A DNA stretch of 64,000 nucleotides from Pirellulales bacterium (GTDB lineage Bacteria; Planctomycetota; Planctomycetia; Pirellulales; PALSA-1355). Positions 41,386 to 51,908 of the stretch are shown here, piece after piece. Under the pieces are notes generated by a model. The model was not told the DNA's origin. It saw only the letters and a list, made by a program, of their open reading frames with translations, and did not search any database. Where the stretch lies: positions 768,001-832,000 of the forward strand of contig CAVTBU010000005.1 of assembly GCA_963733035.1 (NCBI GenBank), written 5' to 3'. How positions within the stretch are numbered: the first letter of the stretch is position 1; each line of letters begins with the position of its first letter. Both the position numbers and the translations under genes were made by a program.

Positions 41386-42921
41386 ATGCGACTTTCATTC
41401 GGTCAAGAGTTGCGATTGGTTCAGAAGCAGGTGCTCGCACCCCGCATGATCCAATCGATGGAAATCCTGCAGCTGCCGATCATGGCCTTGCAGGAACGCA
41501 TCGAGCAGGAGATCCAAGAGAATCCTGTCTTGGACTTGACCGAGGAAGATAGCGATCTACCCGAGGAACAGATCGACGCCGAGAATCCAAACGCTCCAAC
41601 GGAAGAGGAGCGTGAATTAGTCGTCGACGAGGGCAAAAACAACGAAGAGGATTTCGAGCGACTGCTCAATATGGATGAGGAGTTTCCCGATCACTTCGAG
41701 GAACGGACTCGACCGTCGAGCACGCGCGTGGAAGAAGAGGGCGCTCGCAAGCACGACGCCATGGCCAACATGGTGGCCCGGCCGCAATCGCTGCAAGACT
41801 ATTTGCACGATCAGCTGGGTTGGTTCAATCTTGACGCCGATCTGCGATCGATGTGCGATCGCATCATCTACAACCTCGACGCCAACGGTTATCTGCAATC
41901 GCGCCTTGAGGACCTCATCGACCCTAACGCGGCGCCGGAGCAATTGGCGCTTGCGCAACGGGCACTGGCCATCGTGCAGAAGCTCGACCCACCAGGCGTC
42001 GCCGCGCGCGACTTGCGAGAATGCTTGCTGCTGCAACTCACGGCGGGCATGCCACACTACGAACAACTCAAGACGCTTATCTCCAGCCATCTGGAAGACC
42101 TGGAACACAATCGCCTGCCAGCCATTGAACGAAAAACGGGGTACTCGATCGCGCTGATTCAACAGACTCTGGGAGAGTTGCGGAAGCTAAACCCCAAGCC
42201 TGGCGCGAATTTCGGTGAAGTGTTCGTGCCGAACGTCATTCCCGACGTGTTTGTTGAACTGGGCGACGACGGCAAATATCGCGTGCGTCTCGAAGATGGC
42301 CGCACACCGAAGCTCTATATCAGCCCCACCTATCGCAACATCCTAATGAGCGATAAGGCCAACGCCGAAACGCGGGAATATATCAAGCGCAAGATCAATT
42401 CGGCCCAGTGGCTGATCGAGTCGATCGAGCAGCGCCGCAACACGCTGACGCGCGTGGCCCAGGCCATCGTCGATCACCAGACGGAATTCCTCAGCAAGGG
42501 CCCGGAAGCGATCGAGCCTTTGAAAATGCAGCAAATTGCCGACAAGGTCGGCGTGCACGTGACCACGGTCAGCCGGGCGGTGGACGACAAATGGATTCAG
42601 ACGCCGCGGGGCATCTTCCCGCTCAAGCGGTTCTTCTGCGGCGGCACGGTGAGCGCCGACGGCGAGGAAGTGGCCTGGGACACGGTGCGGCTGAAGCTCC
42701 AGGAAATCATCGACAACGAAAACAAGCAACACCCATTGAGCGACGACGAGTTGGTTCGCGAGCTCGGCAAGCATGGTTTGACGGTCGCCCGCCGTACCGT
42801 GACCAAGTATCGCAAGGCAATGGACATTCCTAGCAGCCGTCAGCGCCGCGACTGGAGCGCCGAAGCCAGCGACGTGCAACCTGCCGCCGCCGAAGTGAAC
42901 GGTGCGCAAAAGGACGAATAG
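41386..42921 (+). CDS. rpoN: RNA polymerase sigma-54 factor
   Basis: QSMEILQL, ENPVL, DPPGVAARDLRECL, HVTTVSRAV, RpoN box ARRTVTKYR. Confidence 0.96.
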   Translation: MRLSFGQELRLVQKQVLAPRMIQSMEILQLPIMALQERIEQEIQENPVLDLTEEDSDLPEEQIDAENPNAPTEEERELVVDEGKNNEEDFERLLNMDEEFPDHFEERTRPSSTRVEEEGARKHDAMANMVARPQSLQDYLHDQLGWFNLDADLRSMCDRIIYNLDANGYLQSRLEDLIDPNAAPEQLALAQRALAIVQKLDPPGVAARDLRECLLLQLTAGMPHYEQLKTLISSHLEDLEHNRLPAIERKTGYSIALIQQTLGELRKLNPKPGANFGEVFVPNVIPDVFVELGDDGKYRVRLEDGRTPKLYISPTYRNILMSDKANAETREYIKRKINSAQWLIESIEQRRNTLTRVAQAIVDHQTEFLSKGPEAIEPLKMQQIADKVGVHVTTVSRAVDDKWIQTPRGIFPLKRFFCGGTVSADGEEVAWDTVRLKLQEIIDNENKQHPLSDDELVRELGKHGLTVARRTVTKYRKAMDIPSSRQRRDWSAEASDVQPAAAEVNGAQKDE

Positions 42922-42960
42922 AGTCGTTGCTTGGCCACTTCGCACAGAAGTGCCGATGAT

Positions 42961-43644
42961 TCACGTCTGCCCATCGATATTGCTGAAGTCAATCCGTCGG
43001 CCGCGGCGGACTTGCTCGGCTCGCCGCGCCTTGTCGATCTCACCGGCCACGGACTCGACGTTTTCAATGCCCGAGAGAGGCAACCGCGGGTGAGTTCGGT
43101 CGGCTGATGAAATGATGATCGTACCGACACCGACGGCGCGTTCGAACAGCCCCTGCGACCAAGTGACGTCATGGACTTCGATCAGTTCGACTCGGTCGGT
43201 GACGCGATTGAGGACTCCTTGGCGGTGATAGAGCATCTGGTTCGTGAGCCGATAGCTCTTGCCCAGGCGATTCGCGGCCAGTCGCACGGCGGCAACCCCC
43301 CAGACCCCCACGATTGCCGCCAGCAGAATCCAGGTCAGCGCTGCCGATGTGGAAAAGCCGATGGCAATCACGAGCAGAGCCAGACTCGCCAAACCACAGA
43401 GAATCATCGTGCCGAGCATCGCCTTTGGGGAGTAGGTGCCCTCCCACAACGTTTCCTCGGGAACGTCGCGCGAACGCCCACTGGACGACTGCCTGGCACT
43501 CGGCGCAGACGCCGAGGATCGGATGGCCGCTTCTTGCGTGGTAACCGGCGGCTCGTCGAAACCGGAAGTTTGCAGTTTGGCACCGCACTGCGGGCAAAAA
43601 ACGGATCCGGGCGATGCTTCCGCGTTACAGACCTGGCAATTCAT
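42961..43644 (-). CDS. Zinc-ribbon / TM / bacterial PH-domain protein
   Basis: CQVC..CPQC; two TMs; YRLTNQ..GVLNRVTD..GVGTI bPH-like motif. Confidence 0.8.
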   Translation of the reverse strand: MNCQVCNAEASPGSVFCPQCGAKLQTSGFDEPPVTTQEAAIRSSASAPSARQSSSGRSRDVPEETLWEGTYSPKAMLGTMILCGLASLALLVIAIGFSTSAALTWILLAAIVGVWGVAAVRLAANRLGKSYRLTNQMLYHRQGVLNRVTDRVELIEVHDVTWSQGLFERAVGVGTIIISSADRTHPRLPLSGIENVESVAGEIDKARRAEQVRRGRRIDFSNIDGQT

Positions 43645-43963
43645 ACTCGATCGATCTCCGCCGATAGGGTGCGAACGGGGCATTCAAGCGTAGTTCCAGT
43701 TGCGCGGCCATTATAGCGCTGTGGCGGTGCCCAATTCCAGACAGCATCGTCGTCGCCCCGGGGGCCGCAGGCACCGTGACACTTTGAATCATTCGCTCAC
43801 CATGTGCGAATCTTGCCGCGAACGCATGTTCAAATCGGGGGTGCGGTGCTATTCGGCTCTGCCGTTCTTGTTATCATGAACGGTGTTTGGGTGGCAAAAT
43901 TCTCGGCTAGGGAGGCGACTTGCCGACATTTTAGTATTTGGCTCGCACGCGCGCGAGTATTCC

Positions 43964-44590
43964 ATGAAATGTCCCAGTTGTGGCGTCGACAACGATCGCG
44001 TGATTGACTCGCGAGCCAGCCAGGATGGCTTCGCCATTCGCCGGCGGCGCGAATGTCTTGCCTGTCAGGCACGTTACAACACGTACGAGCGCGTCGACGA
44101 CCCGATGAGATGCCCTTTCTGCCACGAGGATTCCAACCGCGTGGTGGAAACCGAGATTGGCGAAGGCGGCTTTGCCATCCGCCGACACCGGGAGTGCCTG
44201 GCCTGTCGCCGGCAGTACACCACCTTCGAACGCAGCGAAGAGCGATCAATCAAGGTGATCAAGAAAGATGGCACGCGTGCCCCGTTCGATCGACAGAAGA
44301 TTCGCGAAGGGTTGGAAAAGGCCTGCTGGAAGCGGCCGATCAGCGATGAACAGATCGAATCGATCGTGGTGGCCATCGAAGGAGAAGTCCACGCCAGCAG
44401 CGAACCGGAGGTGCCCTCCACGATGCTGGGCGAGCTCGTGATGCAGCACCTCCGCAAGCTCGACCAGGTGGCGTTCGTGCGGTTCGCCAGTGTCTATCGC
44501 GAGTTCAAGGATGTCCAGGATTTCGTCGACGAACTCGACGAGATGATGGCCAAACGGGCCAATCCTCCGGGACATATTGCCCAGAACTAA
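43964..44590 (+). CDS. nrdR: Transcriptional repressor NrdR with tandem duplicated zinc-ribbon domain
   Basis: MKCPSC..RVIDSR..IRRRRECLAC..TYER, repeated as MRCPFC..IRRHRECLAC..TFER; then ATP-cone VIKKDG...DQVAFVRFASVY. Confidence 0.92.
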   Translation: MKCPSCGVDNDRVIDSRASQDGFAIRRRRECLACQARYNTYERVDDPMRCPFCHEDSNRVVETEIGEGGFAIRRHRECLACRRQYTTFERSEERSIKVIKKDGTRAPFDRQKIREGLEKACWKRPISDEQIESIVVAIEGEVHASSEPEVPSTMLGELVMQHLRKLDQVAFVRFASVYREFKDVQDFVDELDEMMAKRANPPGHIAQN

Positions 44591-44609
44591 GCATCATGTT
44601 GAGCTCTGC

Positions 44610-45647
44610 TCAGTCTTGTCGACTGACGACCAGTTCACTCAACGCCGCGAGCACATCGCGTGCTTCTCCCGACGGCAGTTGTGTCGTTTCGGCACGCGCC
44701 TGTTCGGCATAAGACCGAGCCGTTTCGCGGGCGTACGCCAAGGCGTCGCCGCGCTCGAGCCAGAGCTTGATTTGGCTACGGTCGGCTCGACTTGGCGAGG
44801 AAAGCAACTCGCGAATCTCCGCCCGTTCATCCGCGGTGCTTTGGGAGAGCAGCCGAATCAAGGGCAACGTGAGCTTTTGCTTTTCCAGATCGGTGCCAAG
44901 GCTCTTGCCCATCGAATCCTCATCGCCGACGAGATCGAGCATGTCGTCGGCAATTTGAAAAGCAATCCCCAGGCACCGGCCGAAGCGGTCGAGCGCGTCT
45001 TCAGTTGCAATTGCCGCGCCTGCATAGTGTCCGCCCAGCCGGCAGCAACAAGCGCAAAGTTCCGCTGTCTTGGCCTCGATGATCGACAGGTATTCCGCCT
45101 CGGTGAGATCGAAATTGCCGCGGCTGTTGATCTGTCGAAGTTCGCCGGCGCAGACGATGTTTGTCGACCGACCGATCGTGCGACAGGCGTAAGTCGTTTC
45201 GAGTGAGCTCGCCAGATAAAACGAATGCGTGAACAGGAAATCGCCCACCAACACGCTGGCCTCATTGTCACTGCGGGCGTTGATGGTCTCGCGATGTCGG
45301 CGGAGGCTGGCCTCATCGAGCACGTCGTCATGGACAAGCGTGGCGGTGTGGATCATCTCCAAGACGGCCGCCAGCACGACGTGGTCGCGTGAAAGGACGC
45401 CAACGGCCTTGCCCGCGAGCAACACCAGGGCCGGCCGCAAGCGTTTGCCGCCCAGTCGAAAGGCATGCTTTACCAGGCTGTCGACAAACGGGTCGTCACT
45501 GGTTAATTCTCCGCGAAGTAAATCCTCCGACGCCGCAAGTTCGTCGGCGATCGGTGCATAGAGATGTTTCCAGTGACGAGCCAAAGCGTCTTGCTCGCGG
45601 ATCGCTTGCTTCATCGAGTGAAGTTCCTTCCTAGCCAGCCCACTCAA
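44610..45647 (-). CDS. Trans-polyprenyl diphosphate synthase (HepT/IspB-like)
   Basis: [19 protein letters not shown] (DDxxD), [17 protein letters not shown]. Confidence 0.92.
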   Translation of the reverse strand: MSGLARKELHSMKQAIREQDALARHWKHLYAPIADELAASEDLLRGELTSDDPFVDSLVKHAFRLGGKRLRPALVLLAGKAVGVLSRDHVVLAAVLEMIHTATLVHDDVLDEASLRRHRETINARSDNEASVLVGDFLFTHSFYLASSLETTYACRTIGRSTNIVCAGELRQINSRGNFDLTEAEYLSIIEAKTAELCACCCRLGGHYAGAAIATEDALDRFGRCLGIAFQIADDMLDLVGDEDSMGKSLGTDLEKQKLTLPLIRLLSQSTADERAEIRELLSSPSRADRSQIKLWLERGDALAYARETARSYAEQARAETTQLPSGEARDVLAALSELVVSRQD

Positions 45648-46135
45648 CCGGTAGCTCCCTGCGATGCGCGGCGAAAATGGCCGCTTCGGCCACCGGACTT
45701 TTCTTCCAATTGCACCTGCTCAATCACCATCTCACGATCGACTGCCTTGCACATGTCATAAATCGTCAACGCCGCGACACTTGCGGCAACGAGCGCCTCC
45801 ATTTCGACGCCTGTGCGGGCCGTGGCCCTGGCCGTGGCCGAAATTGCAACATGCGTGTCATCCGGAAAGGCGAACACCACTTCCACCGCGTCCAGCGGCA
45901 CCTGATGGCATAGTGGAATCAACCCGGCCGTCTGCTTGGCGGCCAAAATTCCAGCCAAACGCGCCACTTCCAGCACGTCCCCCTTGGTGACTTTGCGGTC
46001 GCGAATGTGTAATAGCGTTGCCGCCTCCATCTGAACCCGACCACTGGCCGTGGCTATTCGCTGGGTGACGGGTTTGGCGGCCACGTCGACCATACGGCTA
46101 GCCCCCTCGGCGTCAAAGTGCGTCAATTCGCTCAT
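45644..46135 (-). CDS. moaC: Cyclic pyranopterin monophosphate synthase
   Basis: [39 protein letters not shown]. Confidence 0.96.
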   Translation of the reverse strand: MSELTHFDAEGASRMVDVAAKPVTQRIATASGRVQMEAATLLHIRDRKVTKGDVLEVARLAGILAAKQTAGLIPLCHQVPLDAVEVVFAFPDDTHVAISATARATARTGVEMEALVAASVAALTIYDMCKAVDREMVIEQVQLEEKSGGRSGHFRRASQGATG

Positions 46136-46395
46136 AGATCGTCAACGGTCGAGAACTGGCGTACTAACCGCAGCCAGGGCCGCCGCATCACTGCTTGCAA
46201 CCCGAACCCCCACTGGGCAATGCGGAAATCAGACCCCTATTCTAGAATTCCAGGGCAAACCGTCGAGAGGTGCGGCGACAGGACCGTGCAAGTTCGGAGT
46301 TTTTGACCGCCGTCACTTTGCGGCGTAAAGCACGACAGGGACGCGCGTGCAGCAGGCCGGTGAGCGGATCAGGATGTCGTTCACCGTCGGCGCAT

Positions 46396-46428
46396 AAAAA
46401 ACCGTCGCGGGGGTCATCCGCGACGGGT
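46396..46428 (-). terminator. Intrinsic terminator of the response regulator gene
   Basis: CCGTCGCGG / CCGCGACGG stem followed by T6 on the minus strand. Confidence 0.8.
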
Positions 46429-46475
46429 TGGTGGCGAGTCTTGGGCGCCCAGAAGCCCGGCGAGTCTGCGCCGCT

Positions 46476-47048
46476 TTAGACGAGTTCTTTGCGAGCACCG
46501 ATCAAGGTCCGGATTCGCTCGGCCAACAGGGCGGCGTCAAACGGTTTCTTGAAGGTCTCGTTGATGCTCGAGCGGTCGAAGCTGATCGAGCTGCCGTCGT
46601 CCGGCAACAGGGCAATCAGGATCGTGTCAGCATACTCGGGGTTGCGACGCAGATTCTGACAAATCTGCAGGGCTTCGACACGGCCGATCGAGAAGTCGAC
46701 AATAATGCAGTCGGGATGGAAGCTCTCGGCTTGGATGCCAGCCTCAAAACCGCTGGCGGCCACGGCCACTTTGAACGAGCGGTCGAGTGGCAACTTCTGC
46801 TTCAGGTTCTCAATCAGCACCTGGTCTTGGCCGACCAGCAATACCTTGGCCATGGCCTCGTCTTCGAGGTCGCCCAAGGGCATGCCGTGCTCTTTGAGGA
46901 ACCGGATCAAATACTCACGCGGAATTCGGCGGTCCTGGCTGCCGGGGATGCGGTATCCCTTGAGCCGACCCGAATCGAACCATTTACTTACCGTACGTGG
47001 GGCAACTTTACAGATCTTAGCGACCTGACCCGTTGTGAAGACCTTCAT
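46476..47048 (-). CDS. Excisionase-like HTH plus receiver-domain regulator (planctomycete-type)
   Basis: MKVFTTGQVAKICKVAPRTVSKWFDSG..YRIPGSQDRRIP; receiver PDCIIVD...KKPFD; GGAGAG RBS. Confidence 0.88.
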   Translation of the reverse strand: MKVFTTGQVAKICKVAPRTVSKWFDSGRLKGYRIPGSQDRRIPREYLIRFLKEHGMPLGDLEDEAMAKVLLVGQDQVLIENLKQKLPLDRSFKVAVAASGFEAGIQAESFHPDCIIVDFSIGRVEALQICQNLRRNPEYADTILIALLPDDGSSISFDRSSINETFKKPFDAALLAERIRTLIGARKELV

Positions 47049-47890
47049 CGCAGGCTCTCCAATTGACTCGCGCTGTTGTGGGAACTCAACTCCGGGGATG
47101 GCCCGCGGAGCAAAATCGCCCCTTGCTTGCGGCTGTTCGGCCTTTGGTCCGTTCCTTCGGTCCGGTTGTGGGGGCAACCGGCCTTCCGCAAACATCTGGG
47201 TCGGGGCATGACGTTATTAATCGCTTCTCCGGGGCGTGGTTCAGGTCCTTCTGATCCGAGCCTCGTTTCAGTCATCGGCAGTCCGGTGCGCTTGAGCGTC
47301 GATGAAAATTCGCAAGCCTTAAAGCTTGCCCATCGTTTCATGGATGGTTGAACTTTCCTCGTCGGGCCGAACTTCTCGGCTTGACACAAGCTTTCGGATA
47401 CGGGGAGGGCATGCGCGTGCAGCCGAGCGGTTCGACATTCGCCGAGTCCGATGGCTGTGAGCAAAACAGAACTTGTCTTGCGGCAGGTCCCCCCTGCAGC
47501 TCACCCCGCCAACTCCCGTTAAAAGTCGCTGGCGGAACAAACCTTCCGAAGTTAGTTTCGATTCACGGAGGGGGGCGACTTTAGAAACTTTCTCCAGTCG
47601 TAGCGAGCACTCCGGTCCTAGCGCCGGTGACGAACCTCCCGATGCGCCCGGCCAGGCAAGGCATGCTAAAGGCAAACCATTGTGTGGTCTGGCTTTAACG
47701 CCGACGGTTGTGGTGACCGTGACGGTTGTCCCCGGAACCGGGAACTAGCGAAAAGATAGAAAAAACCCACCTCTCCTCCGAACGCGAAGACCTCAACTCA
47801 CGTTCCCATTCTATCAATTATACGCCTGACGCGGGGCTGAGTTCGCCGCACCCCAACAAATGGCCGTCCAAGATCGGCGCTTGCACGGTC

Positions 47891-48769
47891 TTATGCGGCT
47901 GGTGAGCCTTGCCCTGCTCGTACGACTGGATTGGAGAGAGTGCCGATTCCCGTGATCGAGATGTTCACCACGTCGGCCGGTTCGAGCGTGAAGTCATCGT
48001 TTGGCACGATTCCGGTGCCGGTCAACAAGATGACGCCCTGCGGAAAAGAATTGTCGCGTGCCAGCCATCCGATCAGATTGTCGAACGATCGCGCCATCTG
48101 ACCGATGGAGGTCGTGCCGGCAAATGTCACCTCGCCGCCGCGGACAATCGACAGCTCGATGCCAACTTCACTTGGCCGTGGCATTGATGCCGCCAGAGTG
48201 ATCACTGGGCCAAGTGCGCAACATGCGTCATAGACCTTGGCCTGGGGAAGATAGAGGGGGTTTTCTCCCTCGATGTCTCGGGAGCTCATGTCATTGCCGA
48301 TCGTAAAGCCGACGAGTTGCATCCGGGAATTGAGCACCAGCGCCAGTTCTGGCTCGGGCACGTTCCATTTCGCGTCGCGACGAATTCGCACCCCCTGCCC
48401 TGGGCCCGAAACGCGGTGCGGAGTTGCCTTGAGAAATAACTCTGGTCGATCCGCCGTATAGACCAGATCGTAGAATACGGCGGCGCCTTCCGACTCTTTC
48501 ATCCGGGCAGCTTGGCTGCGTTTGTAGGTAACGCCGGCCGCCCAAACTTCCTGCCCGTCGAGCGGTGCCAGGAACTCCACGCTGGCCAAGCTCGCGTAAC
48601 GCGTACCATTGCCCAACAGCGAACGCACCACGGCTTCGGAGTCAGGTGCTTCCAGAACGGAAAACAGCGTCGGAAAAGTCTCCGACGCGGCGAGAATGGC
48701 AACGTTATCTCCCTCGACGACTCCAATGGCTTCGCTCTGGTCCGCCAGACGAATTTTGGCGAGTTGCAT
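47891..48769 (-). CDS. Fumarylacetoacetate hydrolase family protein (2-keto-3-deoxy-pentonate dehydratase-like)
   Basis: EVWAAGVTY, RPELFLKAT, PEPEL, GNDMSSRDIEGENPLYLPQAK, LTGTGIVP. Confidence 0.88.
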   Translation of the reverse strand: MQLAKIRLADQSEAIGVVEGDNVAILAASETFPTLFSVLEAPDSEAVVRSLLGNGTRYASLASVEFLAPLDGQEVWAAGVTYKRSQAARMKESEGAAVFYDLVYTADRPELFLKATPHRVSGPGQGVRIRRDAKWNVPEPELALVLNSRMQLVGFTIGNDMSSRDIEGENPLYLPQAKVYDACCALGPVITLAASMPRPSEVGIELSIVRGGEVTFAGTTSIGQMARSFDNLIGWLARDNSFPQGVILLTGTGIVPNDDFTLEPADVVNISITGIGTLSNPVVRAGQGSPAA

Positions 48770-49282
48770 GGTCGGGCTAACTCCAGTGGATTGAAACGAG
48801 GCGTCCTGTTCGCCGGGAAGCAGAATTCGATGGGTCTATTCTTGTTTCGCCAGATCCCGTTCGATCGGGCACCCGACTCTAAGGTCGCCCTCGCACGCCC
48901 GTCCGCCGACACGGCCGGACACGTGTCCAAGTGCCCTGCCAAGGTCCGTGTAGCCGTTCTGATGATCGTGATCGCGGAACACGTCGCGCATCGGCCGGGA
49001 CTCCTGAAGCCGGCGAATGTGTCGCCGGTTTCGTAATTCAATCCGACCCGTTCGCGGACTTGCCCGTCGAACTTCTGGGCGACGCGTTTTGTTTCAAAGG
49101 TCGACGACTCGAACGTGAATCAGAGCCAGTTCGTTTCAATGTACTCTTCGCGCCCATCGACTGCCATCGCTGAACCAAACGGGTGTTGGATGCCTGTTCG
49201 GCCGCCGCTTGCAATTCGCATCTGATCCAATAAGATGCCCGGTTCAGCCACCAAAAAGAACCGAAGCGGGGGAAACCAAACC

Positions 49283-50452
49283 ATGGGCCACCATCAGACC
49301 AGCTCGCACCGTCCTGGCAAACATTCTTACCACCAGATCGGTCTCGTACGGGGACAATTTGGCAACGTGCCGGAAGACCAATGGCTTGATTGGATTGCTG
49401 ATGCCGGTTTCGACGGTTGGGAAGAAGCGAGTTGGGAACTCGACCTCGCACGTTGCGGTGACGACGCTGGCGCCAAAGCCTATGCTGAGGAACGCGTGGC
49501 GAAAGCGAAGAAGCGGGGGATGGAGATCTTTTCACTTGCCGCACACCTACAGGGTCAAGCCCTGGGCGACGAGCCGAGCGCCAAGACGCTTCAGTTCCTG
49601 GGTGGCGAATCGGTCGAAGCCTATGCCAAGTGGCGCGCCGCGGGGAACAATCCGCCGCGCAACAACCCATTCCATGTGCCGGATGACGTCGCCGAAGTTA
49701 CGCGCAAACAGGCGGCGACGGCAATGGTCAACGCCGTCCGACTGGCCCATTTCGTCGGCAAGCTTGAAGACCGTGTGGTGCCCGTTTCAGGCTTCGTCGG
49801 CTCACCGGCCAACTGCTGGAGCCACTGGTTCCTGTTTCCACCGCTCCCCAATTCGCTGGGCGGACATCCGATTCCGGATGTCTACGAGGTGAGCCTGGAG
49901 TTGCTTGTCGAGCGATTCTCGCCGGTGTTTCAGGCGTGCTTGAAATACGGCACGACCTTTGACCTGGAGTGTCATCCCAGCGAGCGGGCCATGGGCGATA
50001 TCACGAGCGCAGGTGACTATCTGGCCGCCGTCGATAAGGCCGGCTTCGAAAAAGCCGCCGGATTCAATTTCGATTGCTCGCACATGGAATGGCAAGGCGT
50101 CTCAGGTGTCGACTTTATTCGCACCTATGGCGAACGGATCCACTGCGCCCACATCAAGGGCGTACAGGTGGCCAAGGGCTATACCCGCAATGGCCGCTTG
50201 GGAGGGCACAAACCAATGGGCGACCGGCACAACGGTTGGAATTTCGTGACGCCCGGCACGGCACGCGACGCCACGAATACCGAGGAACTGCTGGTCGAGC
50301 TCAATCGGGCCGGGTATACGGGTGCGGTGTCGATCGAGTGGGAGGACAACGATGCCGAGCAGCATGCCGGCGCCAAGACGGCCTTGGCCAACGTGCACCG
50401 AGCCGACGTCCCCCCCAGCGGCATGCGGCACGACGAACAGCTCAAGGCATAG
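49283..50452 (+). CDS. Sugar phosphate isomerase/epimerase (xylose isomerase-like TIM barrel)
   Basis: GFDGWE, LECHP, NFDCSH, AHIKG, SIEWED metal-ligand motifs. Confidence 0.85.
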   Translation: MGHHQTSSHRPGKHSYHQIGLVRGQFGNVPEDQWLDWIADAGFDGWEEASWELDLARCGDDAGAKAYAEERVAKAKKRGMEIFSLAAHLQGQALGDEPSAKTLQFLGGESVEAYAKWRAAGNNPPRNNPFHVPDDVAEVTRKQAATAMVNAVRLAHFVGKLEDRVVPVSGFVGSPANCWSHWFLFPPLPNSLGGHPIPDVYEVSLELLVERFSPVFQACLKYGTTFDLECHPSERAMGDITSAGDYLAAVDKAGFEKAAGFNFDCSHMEWQGVSGVDFIRTYGERIHCAHIKGVQVAKGYTRNGRLGGHKPMGDRHNGWNFVTPGTARDATNTEELLVELNRAGYTGAVSIEWEDNDAEQHAGAKTALANVHRADVPPSGMRHDEQLKA

Positions 50453-50638
50453 CCGACCCGGGAGGGTCGAATTGGCGTGACTTAGCGCGGGCATGGACAG
50501 AATTTCTCGGATTGCCTGTTACGCAGCATGCAGGTTTTCTTGCAGTTTTGCCAAGATCGACCATACTGAGGCGAATACTGCGGGAAGGGCATCATTTCCC
50601 GACTATCGATCGTCCTCTCATGAAAGAACCACCCCGTC

Positions 50639-50908
50639 ATGGACTTTCCCATCGAAGCGATCATTGGAATCTGCGTGCCCTTCGCCTCCTTTGTCATTGT
50701 GGGAATCACGCTGATACTGTCGATCAACAAGCGCAAGATGCAACGCGACGACATGGAAGCCACGCTGAAGATGGAAATGATTGAGCGCGGTATGCCGGCC
50801 GAAGAAATCGAACGGGTGCTCGCGGCCCGAATGGGGCCGCCCCGCGGCGGTTGCAAACATCGCGGGTATCGCAGACCCGCGGAGTATCAGGGCGACGTGC
50901 GACGTTAG
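50639..50908 (+). CDS. Small single-TM protein
   Basis: N-terminal TM then LKMEMIERGMPAEEIERVL. Confidence 0.65.
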   Translation: MDFPIEAIIGICVPFASFVIVGITLILSINKRKMQRDDMEATLKMEMIERGMPAEEIERVLAARMGPPRGGCKHRGYRRPAEYQGDVRR

Positions 50909-50925
50909 AACGACTGACCGGCAAA

Positions 50926-51816
50926 TTACTTTGCCGGCCAGTACTCCGCGATCTTCCGCCGCAAGAATTCGGCACTGCGCTTGAGTTGATCGATTCCGTC
51001 GACACCGTCCTCGATGCTGATCCAGCCGTCAAAGCCGACGCCGGCCAGCTTGCTAAAGATCTGATCGTAGTCGTTCATGCCCTGTCCAATCTCGCCATGC
51101 CGTAGCCGGCTGGCATAGCCCACGCTGTCTTCTTCCTTGCGCAGGTCCTCGATCGTGCCCTCGGCCAAATAGCGGTCACTGGCATGCATCGTGACGACGC
51201 GATGCTTCACTCGCTCCAATAGCTCCAGCGGATCTTCACCGGCCAGGAACGTGTTGCTCGGGTCGTAATTCACGCCAAAGTTAGGCGACTGGATCCGGGC
51301 GATCAGGTCGCAAAAAACGTCCATGTGCTGCGCGAATTCAGGATACTGCCAGTAGTTGTCCTTGTAGTGGTTTTCCAAGATCAGCGTCACACCACCGGCC
51401 TTCGCGTGCGGGATGCAGGCTTCGATGCACTCGGCTGCATAGCGAATGCCCTCCTCGCGCGAGACCTCGGGACGTCGCTGTCCGGAAAGCACCCGGCAAA
51501 ATCGCCCGCCGAGTTCAACCGTCATGTCGATCCAGCCTTTTTCCAATTCAATCTGCTGGCGACGGAACTCCTCGTCGGGATGCGTGAAGTCCGGCGAGCA
51601 ACAAAGCATCGGAATGGTGAGCCCTTTGTCCTCGACAATCTTGCGTGCCTGGCGCCAATTCCGGCTGTCCTTCAGTTCCAAGAACCCGCTGTAGAATTCG
51701 AGACCGTCGATATCGAGATGCGTGGTCGCCAGATCGACCCAATCGCGAATCGTCATCGAGCCGTCGACGACGAGATTGTCCATGTAGGCCTTGGGAAAGG
51801 CAGCGAGCTTTGGCAT
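50926..51816 (-). CDS. Sugar phosphate isomerase/epimerase family protein
   Basis: GLEFY, LENHYK, NYDPSN, MHASD, ISIEDG. Confidence 0.87.
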   Translation of the reverse strand: MPKLAAFPKAYMDNLVVDGSMTIRDWVDLATTHLDIDGLEFYSGFLELKDSRNWRQARKIVEDKGLTIPMLCCSPDFTHPDEEFRRQQIELEKGWIDMTVELGGRFCRVLSGQRRPEVSREEGIRYAAECIEACIPHAKAGGVTLILENHYKDNYWQYPEFAQHMDVFCDLIARIQSPNFGVNYDPSNTFLAGEDPLELLERVKHRVVTMHASDRYLAEGTIEDLRKEEDSVGYASRLRHGEIGQGMNDYDQIFSKLAGVGFDGWISIEDGVDGIDQLKRSAEFLRRKIAEYWPAK

Positions 51817-51908
51817 GGGATAGTGTTGCTGCTTCGTGGTTGGTGGTTAGCGATCTAGAATCGGATTCGGCGATGCTTGCGTGACTGGTTTTCTCGTGGC
51901 TTGGCCGG

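Noticed and set aside
46476..47048. Excisionase-like HTH as a prophage or mobile-element marker
   Set aside because: It is fused to a receiver domain among housekeeping genes, with no integrase or att-like repeats.
47660..47710. GGCAAACCATTG resembling the start of a c-di-GMP-I riboswitch
   Set aside because: The GNRA loop and the following GACGCAAAGC element are missing, and no co-oriented gene follows.
48780..49170. Possible small ORF(s) upstream of the FAH-family gene
   Set aside because: No recognisable motif or consistent frame; cannot be supported from the sequence alone.
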